Assembly: GCA_016873735.1 (NCBI GenBank)
Contig: VGWD01000011.1
Coordinates: 51 to 64,050, forward strand
Reading direction: 5' to 3'
Source of the DNA: Ignavibacteria bacterium
Lineage (GTDB): Bacteria > Bacteroidota > Ignavibacteria > Kapaibacteriales > UBA961
DNA: 64,000 bases
Below, in pieces: positions 30,235-39,352 of the stretch. A model generated the notes under the pieces. That model worked only from the letters and a program-made list of their open reading frames with translations, ran no database searches and was not told where the DNA came from. Positions within the stretch are counted from its first letter, which is position 1, and each line of letters begins with the position of its first letter. The position numbers were made by a program, and so were the translations under genes.

Positions 30235-31182
30235 TTAGGGCCTTGTCCCCAAACGAATATTGGCATTCAAGCCATGTTCGTGAATTTTAAGCAGAAGTTC
30301 ATTCACTCTTTGCAATGTGGTGTCTATAGACTTGGACGTAGTTTTGTCATAGAAGAGTTTATTGATAAAACTACCATTCGTCTTGATATCAGACATCATG
30401 CCTTTTGTTTCTTTTGTCAAGTCCGTGACACCGGCAAGTGCGGTATCGGTTTTTGCCATTAGGCGTTGTCCGCTACCTGCCAATGAATCAAGCTTCGTTA
30501 ATATTGACCTCATTTTTGGTTCATTGGTTGAAACGGCATTTTTTGCATCCTTTGCAAGATCACTGAGATCACGAATCAACATTCGCATATTCTCTTTATT
30601 GTCTCCCATCAATGCATTGAGTGTTGTCATCAATTCATCCGCATTCTTGATGGTATTGCGTAATTGTTTTACGACTACACCATCAGATAGCAATGCATTG
30701 GCTTGCGAAAGCACTGTGTCCAATCGTTTCACGGTTACTTTGGCATTTGTTCCCAAATCCCCCATCATAACGATGAGTTCGGTTGCATCAGCAGTGATTG
30801 TACCGGCAATTGGTTTGGAATTATCAATGATTCCTGATTCTTTTCCGGGGATGATGTCTATCTTTTTTCCACCCGTGATTTCCAACATGCTGATGCGTGC
30901 CTCAGCATCCGGATGTATATCTGAGATTTCATCGATTGAGCCAATGATGGAAACATCGCCATTCACATTGTCTATGGAAATCACAGAACCGCGTTTTACT
31001 CCATTGATGAACATCGGAGCTCCGATCTCTATACCGCCGGAAGATGGAAATGTAAATGAAAGAGTGGTTTGAGAAACACCCACGATTAATCCCTTGCCCA
31101 CAGTGATTCCTGCAATGAGGACTATGAGAGACAGGAGAGCGACGATCCCGACTCGAATCTCCTTTTTTCTGTCTGTATTCAT
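30235..31182 (-). CDS. MlaD/MCE-domain protein (lipid transport substrate-binding component) with long coiled-coil C-terminus
   Basis: TM followed by MCE domain (IEIGAPMFINGVKRGSVISID). Start probably MNTDRK (31182). Confidence 0.7.
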   Translation of the reverse strand: MNTDRKKEIRVGIVALLSLIVLIAGITVGKGLIVGVSQTTLSFTFPSSGGIEIGAPMFINGVKRGSVISIDNVNGDVSIIGSIDEISDIHPDAEARISMLEITGGKKIDIIPGKESGIIDNSKPIAGTITADATELIVMMGDLGTNAKVTVKRLDTVLSQANALLSDGVVVKQLRNTIKNADELMTTLNALMGDNKENMRMLIRDLSDLAKDAKNAVSTNEPKMRSILTKLDSLAGSGQRLMAKTDTALAGVTDLTKETKGMMSDIKTNGSFINKLFYDKTTSKSIDTTLQRVNELLLKIHEHGLNANIRLGTRP

Positions 31183-31358
31183 GATATGGGAAGTCCTCTT
31201 GGGTTTGAGTGAATGCCGCAATGCAAATTTACCGTAATTTTCAACAGTAGCAAACTCATGGCTAATGATGACCATCTTTTCTGCATGCCTCCCTTTATGC
31301 CTCCTTTTTTTATAATTTGTACGCAAATTCATCGATATAAACAGTTAATCGGCTCTTC

Positions 31359-32303
31359 ATGAAAGCATTGTTATCCTTAATGCTCACTGCTTTGGCGGTT
31401 TTTTCCCAAATTTCTGCACAACCTTTTCTGAATAGAGAATTCTTTACCATTCCGAAAGCCATCAGTTTGCAAAAGTATATCGGTAATGACATATCCGATG
31501 TGGATATTGCCAAGACCGGAATAGGCATTATGTGGGATTTCTCAGAAATTTCACTGGAAATGCTTGATGTTGTGTATGATCTTCAATCATTTCCAGATCC
31601 TGATGCCAGATTCACAAACAATACATTTCGAATGATTGCAAAGGAAGGAGGAAGCACTTCTTCCGCTGTGGAAGTGTACTCTCTAATGGATGGCCTATTA
31701 CTGTTTCGTGGTTTGGGGATAATTGATGATAATGGAAGACTCGAATTGGACATATTCAATTCGCCATTCAAATTAATGCGATTTCCTTGGTTCATCGGAG
31801 AATCATTCTTTGAAGATCATCAATTTAGATCGAGCACAAGAACGCTTTCCGCTAAAGGAGTATTGATATTGCCGGGTGAACAGGGGAAGCAGGCATATAA
31901 ATTTACGGAGACATTTTCCGAAGGGAACACCGATTTCGTTGAACATTCATGGTTCATTGATTCAATACCATACCCTATCATCACCATTCGTGATGCATTC
32001 TTAAAAGAAGATTCAAGTTTATTGTCGCGCTCTATAGATGTATTTAAACAAAAAAATGCGATGTCTATTGAAACAGATGAATCAAATGGCCAAGAATTCT
32101 TGCCACATTATGCACATGGATACATTCATATTCCCAAAGGAATCACCTTGCAACATATCTTCAATTTGCATGGTGAAAGGATTCCGTTTGAACAAGTAAC
32201 TGAAGGACAGTTTCTCTTTTCTCAATCATCACGAACATTGTTCATTGTATATCTCAATGCGCAACAGCAAATTCGAACACAGATCATTCAGGTAATACAA
32301 TGA
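31359..32303 (+). CDS. Hypothetical secreted protein (signal peptide)
   Basis: N-terminal signal MKALLSLMLTALAVFSQISAQ. No recognised domain. 4-nt overlap with the next gene. Confidence 0.5.
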   Translation: MKALLSLMLTALAVFSQISAQPFLNREFFTIPKAISLQKYIGNDISDVDIAKTGIGIMWDFSEISLEMLDVVYDLQSFPDPDARFTNNTFRMIAKEGGSTSSAVEVYSLMDGLLLFRGLGIIDDNGRLELDIFNSPFKLMRFPWFIGESFFEDHQFRSSTRTLSAKGVLILPGEQGKQAYKFTETFSEGNTDFVEHSWFIDSIPYPIITIRDAFLKEDSSLLSRSIDVFKQKNAMSIETDESNGQEFLPHYAHGYIHIPKGITLQHIFNLHGERIPFEQVTEGQFLFSQSSRTLFIVYLNAQQQIRTQIIQVIQ

Positions 32304-33697
32304 AGAATGTTTTGTTGATATTGTTATGTACATGCTTTACAACCGTATTGGCACAACCTCCGGGGATATCATACTCTTATGAATATCCCTATAAGGATGG
32401 TATTCCCTTTCATCGCTATAAAGAACGAAGAACCGCACTAAAGCAAACGCATTCTCCAAAATCCATTATTCTGTCACTATCTGCTGATATCAGAAATCGA
32501 CAAAATGATGTGGATCACCCTTATCGACAGAACAGCAACTTCCTCTATTTGACCGGTATGCCATATGCGAAGTCCGCTTTGATCATAGCTCCCGGTGGAA
32601 TTGAACATGAGGGTACTGTTTTTCATGAGTTTTTCTTCGTACAACATCGAAACACTGAAAAAGAAGTCTGGGAAGGTGCATTGATGGGTATTGATGAGGC
32701 AGCTATGCTGAAGATTGAACGCATATTGCCATATGCAGATTTACGTTCATTCATCATGAAGAATCTCAAAGGAATTGATACACTTTATATTACCGGTTTA
32801 CCATCTGCATCCGTTCCCATTCCATTGGCTGAAAAGCCAATGTCAATTGAAAAAATCATCAAAGATGATATTCAGTCGACTTATCCGGAACTGTATGTAA
32901 AAACCACATTACCAAGTTTGAATGCACTTCGGGAAATAAAAGACTCAGATGAATTGCAATTGATGAAGAAAGCAATTGATATCAGCATGGAAGGTCATAC
33001 TCTTGCGATGAAAGAAAGTTATCCCGGTATCACTGAATATGAACTTGAAGCATTGATGGAATTTGCATTCAAAAAAGGTGGAGCCGAGGATATTGGATAT
33101 TCCTCTATCATGGCCTCTGGATACAATGCATGTATTTTACATTATACCTCCAATCGCAAAGCAACTCTTCATGGCGATTTGGTTTTGGCTGATTGTGGTG
33201 CCGAATATCAAAATTACACAGCGGACATCACAAGAACATTTCCTGTGAGCGGAACATTCACAGCAGATCAAAAAACACTGTATGATATTGTTCTCGAAGC
33301 TGCTGATTCAGCCATCAGCGAAGCAAAAGTCGGCAATCCGTTCCGTGCTCCTCATAATGCCGCAAGAAAAGTGTTGCTCAAACGCATGATGGAAGTTGAC
33401 CTTATTGAAAAAGAAGAGCAATTGAAGTGGTATTTCATGCATGGAACTTCGCATTATCTCGGTCTTGATGTCCATGATCCGGGCACGATGGGAACACTCA
33501 AAAATGGATCAATCATCACTGTTGAGCCGGGAATATACATCCCTCCCGGAAGTCCTTGTGATAAACGATGGTGGAATATTGGCATCAGAATAGAGGATGA
33601 TATTCTCATCACTCAGGATGGGCCTGTTAATCTATCTGCCAATCTGCCAAGGACAACGAATGCCATTGAGATACTTATGAAAGCAAAAAACAAGTAA
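32300..33697 (+). CDS. Xaa-Pro aminopeptidase (M24B) with N-terminal signal peptide
   Basis: HGTSHYLGLDVHD, VEPGIY, IRIEDD metal-binding motifs. N-terminal AMP_N domain. Signal MKNVLLILLCTCFTTVLAQ. Confidence 0.85.
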   Translation: MKNVLLILLCTCFTTVLAQPPGISYSYEYPYKDGIPFHRYKERRTALKQTHSPKSIILSLSADIRNRQNDVDHPYRQNSNFLYLTGMPYAKSALIIAPGGIEHEGTVFHEFFFVQHRNTEKEVWEGALMGIDEAAMLKIERILPYADLRSFIMKNLKGIDTLYITGLPSASVPIPLAEKPMSIEKIIKDDIQSTYPELYVKTTLPSLNALREIKDSDELQLMKKAIDISMEGHTLAMKESYPGITEYELEALMEFAFKKGGAEDIGYSSIMASGYNACILHYTSNRKATLHGDLVLADCGAEYQNYTADITRTFPVSGTFTADQKTLYDIVLEAADSAISEAKVGNPFRAPHNAARKVLLKRMMEVDLIEKEEQLKWYFMHGTSHYLGLDVHDPGTMGTLKNGSIITVEPGIYIPPGSPCDKRWWNIGIRIEDDILITQDGPVNLSANLPRTTNAIEILMKAKNK

Positions 33698-33727
33698 TTC
33701 AAGGATTGTTCGTCAAATGATCCTGAA

Positions 33728-34165
33728 TTGCATTATGGGAATAGAAACATGATTGAATATAAAGTCAATAAAGAAGAATTACATACCCTGCTGAAAGCAC
33801 TAGGGATATTGAAAGATGAAGAGCATCTATTACTTGTCAATAATATTGAAATGCGTGATCCTTCAGCAGAAATGATTAGTATTCTTGTTGACACTGTGAA
33901 GAATGGGAACATGTATAAAGTATCATTTGAAGATTTGACTGAAAAAGAATTGGGTACCGTAGTTTCGCAGCTGTATGCGATCGAGCAATTCCTTCTTAAA
34001 GAGTTCATGCAAGTGCATAAACATATCACGAGAGGGCAAGAAGAGTTGAAGAAACGAAATGCCGGTTGCGATGTTAATAAAGATGGCATCCCGATTAATG
34101 TGGATCAACAAATGAGTGAATTTTTGCAGACTATCCTGAACAGACATCGCTCAGATGAATCATGA
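33728..34165 (+). CDS. Hypothetical protein
   Basis: ORF only, downstream of the peptidase. Confidence 0.35.
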   Translation: MHYGNRNMIEYKVNKEELHTLLKALGILKDEEHLLLVNNIEMRDPSAEMISILVDTVKNGNMYKVSFEDLTEKELGTVVSQLYAIEQFLLKEFMQVHKHITRGQEELKKRNAGCDVNKDGIPINVDQQMSEFLQTILNRHRSDES

Positions 34166-35530
34166 AGTCTGATTGTTCTTGACCAATGAACCAAGTATCG
34201 GTGGAGTAACGAATGTCGTGAGCATGATGACAACAACAATTACTGAATATTCAGTAATATCAACGACACCCAATGCTCTTCCTACAGATGCAAAAATCAA
34301 TCCTACTTCTCCTCTTGGTACCATTCCCCAGCCAATCAACCAATGATTGACTCCCTTCCCTGCAAAAAATCCTGAAGCAAGTTTACCAATGATGGCAATT
34401 CCTGTCAGCACAAGAGCAGTGACCAAGGTTTGACCATTCAAGAACACAGACACATCAACCGCCAAACCTGTCATGACAAAAAAGATGGGTGACAAAAATT
34501 GTCCAATGGGTTCAATGATATGCTCAATATGTTTTTCATGATGCTCCTCGGCAATGATCTGAACCTTTTCTTGCACTTGTTTATCGGCATCTCCAACGGC
34601 ACGTTTGAACTCTGAAACATATCCTGGTTCTTGAAAATATTTGAAATGTACCGAGTCCAACATCAACCCTGCAGTAAAAGCGCCAACAATCGGTGCAAGT
34701 CCTATCATGTGAGCAATATAGGCGAAAGCAAAACCAACGGATAATGCAAATCCAAGTTTCATGGCGGAACTGGGATTCAATATTGACAACCATTTGCTCA
34801 GGGGTTTTGCAATCATTCCACCGATGATTGTTCCACCTGCCAATAATGCGATGGACAAACCAATTGTCTGAACTATCTGCATCATAGAAACAGTCCCAGT
34901 CTGAACAATGGAACTAACTATTGCCAGTAGAACAAGACCCATTACATCATCTATGACAGCAGCTCCCAAAACAATTCGTGCCTCTTTTGAATGCAGCATT
35001 GAAAAATCTTTGAATACCCTTGCGGTTATCCCTACAGAAGTTGCCGATAAAGTTGCCCCAAGAAACAAGTAGGCATGTTCGGTCAAACCGGGCATAAGCA
35101 TTGGCCCGGCAATGTAACGACCAAGTACAAAAGGTAATAATACTCCGACGCTTGCCACAAGCAATGCATTGAATCCGACTTTCTTCATGTCATGTACATT
35201 GGACTCCAAGCCAACTTGAAACAACAGAATAACAACACCCATTTCAGCAAGAAAATGCAAATATTCATTGCTTTTCATACCTTCAAAAAAAGGTACATTG
35301 ATCAATATCATATTACCAATAATGGCTCCGGCTATAAGCTCGCCCAACACTGCAGGCTGACCATACTTCTCCACGAATCCACCCAATCTGGCCACAAGCA
35401 ATGCAATCACAATCCAAAGAAAAGTCTGCGGTATGATATCAACACTCCCATTCGAAGCAAAAATCTGTTGATAGGAGAAAACAATGAATGCGGATGGAAG
35501 TAAAATCTTTTGTATCAAATTGAGTTTCAT
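34160..35530 (-). CDS. Cation:proton antiporter (CPA1/CPA2 Na+/H+ exchanger family)
   Basis: About 12 TM, Na_H_Exchanger-like profile. 456 aa. Confidence 0.8.
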   Translation of the reverse strand: MKLNLIQKILLPSAFIVFSYQQIFASNGSVDIIPQTFLWIVIALLVARLGGFVEKYGQPAVLGELIAGAIIGNMILINVPFFEGMKSNEYLHFLAEMGVVILLFQVGLESNVHDMKKVGFNALLVASVGVLLPFVLGRYIAGPMLMPGLTEHAYLFLGATLSATSVGITARVFKDFSMLHSKEARIVLGAAVIDDVMGLVLLAIVSSIVQTGTVSMMQIVQTIGLSIALLAGGTIIGGMIAKPLSKWLSILNPSSAMKLGFALSVGFAFAYIAHMIGLAPIVGAFTAGLMLDSVHFKYFQEPGYVSEFKRAVGDADKQVQEKVQIIAEEHHEKHIEHIIEPIGQFLSPIFFVMTGLAVDVSVFLNGQTLVTALVLTGIAIIGKLASGFFAGKGVNHWLIGWGMVPRGEVGLIFASVGRALGVVDITEYSVIVVVIMLTTFVTPPILGSLVKNNQTS

Positions 35531-35576
35531 AGTAATGTCTATGTTTGCTGAATGAACCGTTGCTTTCTTTAGGCAT

Positions 35577-35609
35577 AAAAAAAACCGTTACGAAAGAACG
35601 GTTTTATTT
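35577..35609 (-). terminator. Rho-independent terminator downstream of the small T9SS protein gene
   Basis: 9-bp stem AAAACCGTT/AACGGTTTT, loop ACGAAAG, T-tract on the minus strand. Confidence 0.65.
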
Positions 35610-35625
35610 ACGAGATCAATTGACC

Positions 35626-36096
35626 TCAACGAGAGACATAAAATTTTTCTGCCAGTCGAAAATTATCACCTTGTACAATGCACATGTAAATTCCATTGGG
35701 AATTCCCTGAACATTGATGTCGAACATTTTGGATCTACCCGCAAATTCACCGCCTTGATGAACATCAATCACTTTCTTTCCAAGCAAATTGAATATACCG
35801 ATTGTTAAATTTTGTTGATTATCCGCGATGTCCAATTCCAATTGATATACGCCACTTGAACCTTCACGAATTCCAATGACGCGGTTATTCTTGGAAGTAT
35901 CAACAATAGCCCTACGAATTGCATTTGAAGCGGAATCTCGGCCGGGCATAAACATGCCGCCGGTCATGATTTTTTTGGAATAAATGGCCGCTATCTTGGC
36001 TTGCTGCTGTTTCCCATTGCCCAAAGCATGAATCGATTCACTATTGGCAAAGCTCAGAAGTGCAAAGAGAATATATGCGAGTAAATGTATCTTCAT
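35626..36096 (-). CDS. Small secreted protein with T9SS C-terminal sorting domain
   Basis: Signal peptide. C-terminus ...GIPNGIYMCIVQGDNFRLAEKFYVSR typical of the type-A Por secretion tail. Confidence 0.7.
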   Translation of the reverse strand: MKIHLLAYILFALLSFANSESIHALGNGKQQQAKIAAIYSKKIMTGGMFMPGRDSASNAIRRAIVDTSKNNRVIGIREGSSGVYQLELDIADNQQNLTIGIFNLLGKKVIDVHQGGEFAGRSKMFDINVQGIPNGIYMCIVQGDNFRLAEKFYVSR

Positions 36097-36372
36097 GATA
36101 TTTAGCTGTTTTCAGTTTCTTGAATATAGCACTTTATCTTTTATCTTCAGTGTCATAAATCGACAAAGAAAAATACGTACATGGCAATTGAAATGATACC
36201 TTTAGCGAAGCAAAAATTGTGCCCAAGCACTATTCTAACTAGATAAGGGTAAATTTTAGTATTTTTGCCATCAAATAGAATCAGTGTAATGTCAAAATGT
36301 TATGAAAACCTGACATTCTGTGTGAAGAACGCAGTATATTTGTCAAAAGTTACAGTCAATTTGGAATTATTG

Positions 36373-36960
36373 ATGTCTTCTATCAAAACGGTTTGTGTGT
36401 ATTGTGCTTCAAGCGACCATTGTAAGCCAATTTTTCTGGATTCGGCCTTTACTTTGGGAGGCAATTTGGCTCGGGAAGGTGTGGAAATAGTTTATGGGGG
36501 CGGAAGCACCGGACTTATGGGTAAACTTGCGGACGGAGCGATAGCCGAGAAAGGTCATGTCATAGGAATCATACCCCAATTTATGCAAAACTTGGAATGG
36601 GGTCATAAAGGTATTTCTATCTTGGAAGAAGTTGAAGACATGCATACGAGAAAATTTCTGATGATGAAAAAATCCGATGGTATAGTTGCATTACCGGGTG
36701 GTTGCGGCACATTGGAAGAATTACTTGAAGCGATTACATGGAAGAGATTGGGACTTGCACATCAACCTATTGTCATAGCGAATATTGATGGTTTTTATGA
36801 TGATTTGATTGCCATGCTAAACAAAACCGTTAATGAACAGTTCATGCGTAAAGAGCATTTAAAAATGTGGCATGTGGTTCATTCTGTCGAAGATATTCTT
36901 CCAACATTGCGATCAATCGATCCTTGGCCTCTAAATGCGATTGATTATGCCAAAGTATAA
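36373..36960 (+). CDS. LOG family protein (cytokinin riboside 5'-monophosphate phosphoribohydrolase-like)
   Basis: GGGSTGLMG and PGGCGTLEEL motifs. Start at MSSIKTVCVY. Confidence 0.85.
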   Translation: MSSIKTVCVYCASSDHCKPIFLDSAFTLGGNLAREGVEIVYGGGSTGLMGKLADGAIAEKGHVIGIIPQFMQNLEWGHKGISILEEVEDMHTRKFLMMKKSDGIVALPGGCGTLEELLEAITWKRLGLAHQPIVIANIDGFYDDLIAMLNKTVNEQFMRKEHLKMWHVVHSVEDILPTLRSIDPWPLNAIDYAKV

Positions 36961-36969
36961 GCTATAAAC

Positions 36970-38058
36970 ATGCCTTCACCATTATACATACGACTGCAAT
37001 CGATGCGTGCAAAAATGCAAATTCAATGGGGTGATGCAATGCTGAATTCCCTTCAGCCGATTATGCAATCCAACCTATTGAGAATCCTGGTATCATTGTT
37101 TGTTTTTTCAATCTTCATCGAGCTACTTACAGGGATCATGCTGAGTCTGCATTTTACACCCTCTTCAAGCATGATTCTCACCGATAAAGGCAAACCAACT
37201 ACTGTAAAGATACCCAGCAAAGTAGTGCTTGATCAGGAAGGTGATACGCTTGCAATGCCGGGGGAATTACTTCTTCGTGAAGCAAGGCAACAAGACATCA
37301 AACCCACAATCTCTTTTGTGTCAGTCAAAAGCATTGAGTCTTCCTTTCCACTGAATATTATTCGAATGATTCATCGCATGAACACACATGCCTTGCTTGC
37401 GATTCTTATGTCAATTATTCTGATGATTATCGTTCATCTGAGAGACACCACACTGTTCAAAGGTATGTGGTTCTTATTATTGGTACTTGGCACCGGGATG
37501 TCTCTGATTACTTGGACAGGGTATATCCTTCCATGGGATCAATTTGCATCAACCTCATATTCAGTGGTTTCGGGATTTATCAGAACCGGATTGGAGTCAT
37601 TCGGGGTCTCATTCGAATCCTTCAGTTCAGGCGCATTTCAAACAGATTTCATCGCAAGATTATTTAGCATCCATGCTTTGTTACTACCTGCCTTGATGTT
37701 GTTGTTGTTATTCTACATCAAGATGAAATTGCAGACACAAATTACATATTCAAATAATGTTTTTGGATATGGATTTGTTGTGTTGATCATTATCATGGGC
37801 ATTGTTCGTTCAGGTGATACTACATTGTTCCCTCCTTCCGATGCTTATGTTCCAACAATCATTGGAATCGAACCAGCTTGGTTCTTCCAGCCATTGCATG
37901 GCATCGTAAGCGCTCTTCCAGCTGATGCAGGCATTCTTGTGATTGCATGCGCGATGATGATATTTCTTGGCCTACCATTCATCTCATCATATCGACTAAG
38001 GATGATAGCATTGGCAATTGTCGCTATTGCAACGGTCTTTTTTGCCCTGGCTTATTGA
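36970..38058 (+). CDS. Divergent cytochrome b-like membrane protein (cyt b N-terminal domain homologue)
   Basis: Aligns to cyt b helices A-D: LTGIMLSLHFTPS, IRMIHRMNTHALL..IVHLRD, TGYILPWDQFASTSY, FSIHALLLPALMLLLLFYIKMKL. The fourth heme His position holds Tyr. Confidence 0.55.
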   Translation: MPSPLYIRLQSMRAKMQIQWGDAMLNSLQPIMQSNLLRILVSLFVFSIFIELLTGIMLSLHFTPSSSMILTDKGKPTTVKIPSKVVLDQEGDTLAMPGELLLREARQQDIKPTISFVSVKSIESSFPLNIIRMIHRMNTHALLAILMSIILMIIVHLRDTTLFKGMWFLLLVLGTGMSLITWTGYILPWDQFASTSYSVVSGFIRTGLESFGVSFESFSSGAFQTDFIARLFSIHALLLPALMLLLLFYIKMKLQTQITYSNNVFGYGFVVLIIIMGIVRSGDTTLFPPSDAYVPTIIGIEPAWFFQPLHGIVSALPADAGILVIACAMMIFLGLPFISSYRLRMIALAIVAIATVFFALAY

Positions 38059-38369
38059 TATCGCATGTGCATTGAAGTAATCACCCCTGTTCTACCGGCC
38101 TGATTGACTGATCTCACAGAAATCATGTTCTTCCCATCTCGGAGCTTTAATTGAAATGTATGTCCGGTAACTTTATTCCAGGTTTGCTCTCCATTGATAT
38201 TGATTTCATAATGAGAAAACCACGGAGCATTATTTGTTAGATGAATGGTAAAGTCAGGGATTGCCTGCTGATCCGACATCAACTTCTTGAATTCTTCCTG
38301 AGAACTGACTGAATCAGAGGCAACAATCGAAGCTACATCACCGGAAGGAGTATTGAATTCAAACAGCAA
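38052..38369 (-). CDS. Hypothetical protein
   Basis: ORF only. Confidence 0.3.
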   Translation of the reverse strand: MLFEFNTPSGDVASIVASDSVSSQEEFKKLMSDQQAIPDFTIHLTNNAPWFSHYEININGEQTWNKVTGHTFQLKLRDGKNMISVRSVNQAGRTGVITSMHMRYQ

Positions 38370-38466
38370 ATGCGTTCTGTTAACATTAAAATATGCTTCA
38401 CTGACTTATGACAAAAATATTATGGGTTTGGAATTTCCGCCTTGACTTGTCATGAATTGCTCTTCT

Positions 38467-39291
38467 TTACCAAAAGGCAAAACATACATTACTTCCTTTG
38501 CATTTACCTTCATGTCGAACATCATATATGCCATATACCTTTTTTATGAAGTCGATATACGTTTGTTCGGATTTATCATCAATTCTGACCAACTTCTTCA
38601 TACCGTCCATCATGATTATATCAATTGCTGATACTTGTTTATTTGTCAATGACTGAAACAATTCATGATAGTTGATATATTCACCCTTCTTTTTAAGTAT
38701 GTAGCCAAATTGTGGGTCGATCATAACCCATTTGTTCAATTCATCAGACCATGCTTCACACAATGTGTGACTTACCCCCATACCACCATAAGCAATATCA
38801 GCATGTGTCACGCCGATGATTCGACATATGTAACCCAGACTATGCAGAATATCCGTATAAACCTTTGCATACTCAATGCAACTGAATGATCTCCCTTGTT
38901 CAGCGGATTGCAGAACATCAAGTGATGACATTCCGGAGGGGCTTATCGACCCATCATGCTTCCATCTTGAATGAAACCAATCAAGAATATCAGCAAATGC
39001 CTCAATATCTGAAGATGTTCTGGGCTTTAATCGCTCGAGAACAAATTCACTAAGAATTTGAGTTTCTTTTTTCTTTTGAAATATGGGCAATGGTAGATAA
39101 AAGAATGCAACATCCAAATGATGATTGTTTGATGAGTCCACAATGATTTTTTTTAGCGGCCGAGAATATACGGGAGGTGTTTGCACATATGTGAAAACAC
39201 AAAAAAACAATATGGCTTTCAATAATGGTTGTATCACGTATGGCATTTTAAATGTGGTCAATTTCGCAAACAAAGACACAATCAGTTCCAA
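38467..39291 (-). CDS. Transglutaminase-like domain protein (Cys-His-Asp papain-like core)
   Basis: GRSFSCIEYAKVY...VSHTLCEAW...MIDPQFGY. Confidence 0.7.
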   Translation of the reverse strand: MELIVSLFAKLTTFKMPYVIQPLLKAILFFCVFTYVQTPPVYSRPLKKIIVDSSNNHHLDVAFFYLPLPIFQKKKETQILSEFVLERLKPRTSSDIEAFADILDWFHSRWKHDGSISPSGMSSLDVLQSAEQGRSFSCIEYAKVYTDILHSLGYICRIIGVTHADIAYGGMGVSHTLCEAWSDELNKWVMIDPQFGYILKKKGEYINYHELFQSLTNKQVSAIDIIMMDGMKKLVRIDDKSEQTYIDFIKKVYGIYDVRHEGKCKGSNVCFAFW

Positions 39292-39352
39292 AAAGTAACA
39301 GCTTTGATGTACTTAATTGAAAACTCCTTAAAAGTATATTACTTAAGGATTC

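Noticed and set aside
38052-39291. 105-aa ORF plus transglutaminase-like gene as one frameshifted pseudogene
   Set aside because: The transglutaminase-like ORF has a complete catalytic core and a clean stop. The downstream ORF has its own Met and there is a ~100-bp gap. No evidence of a disrupted longer frame.
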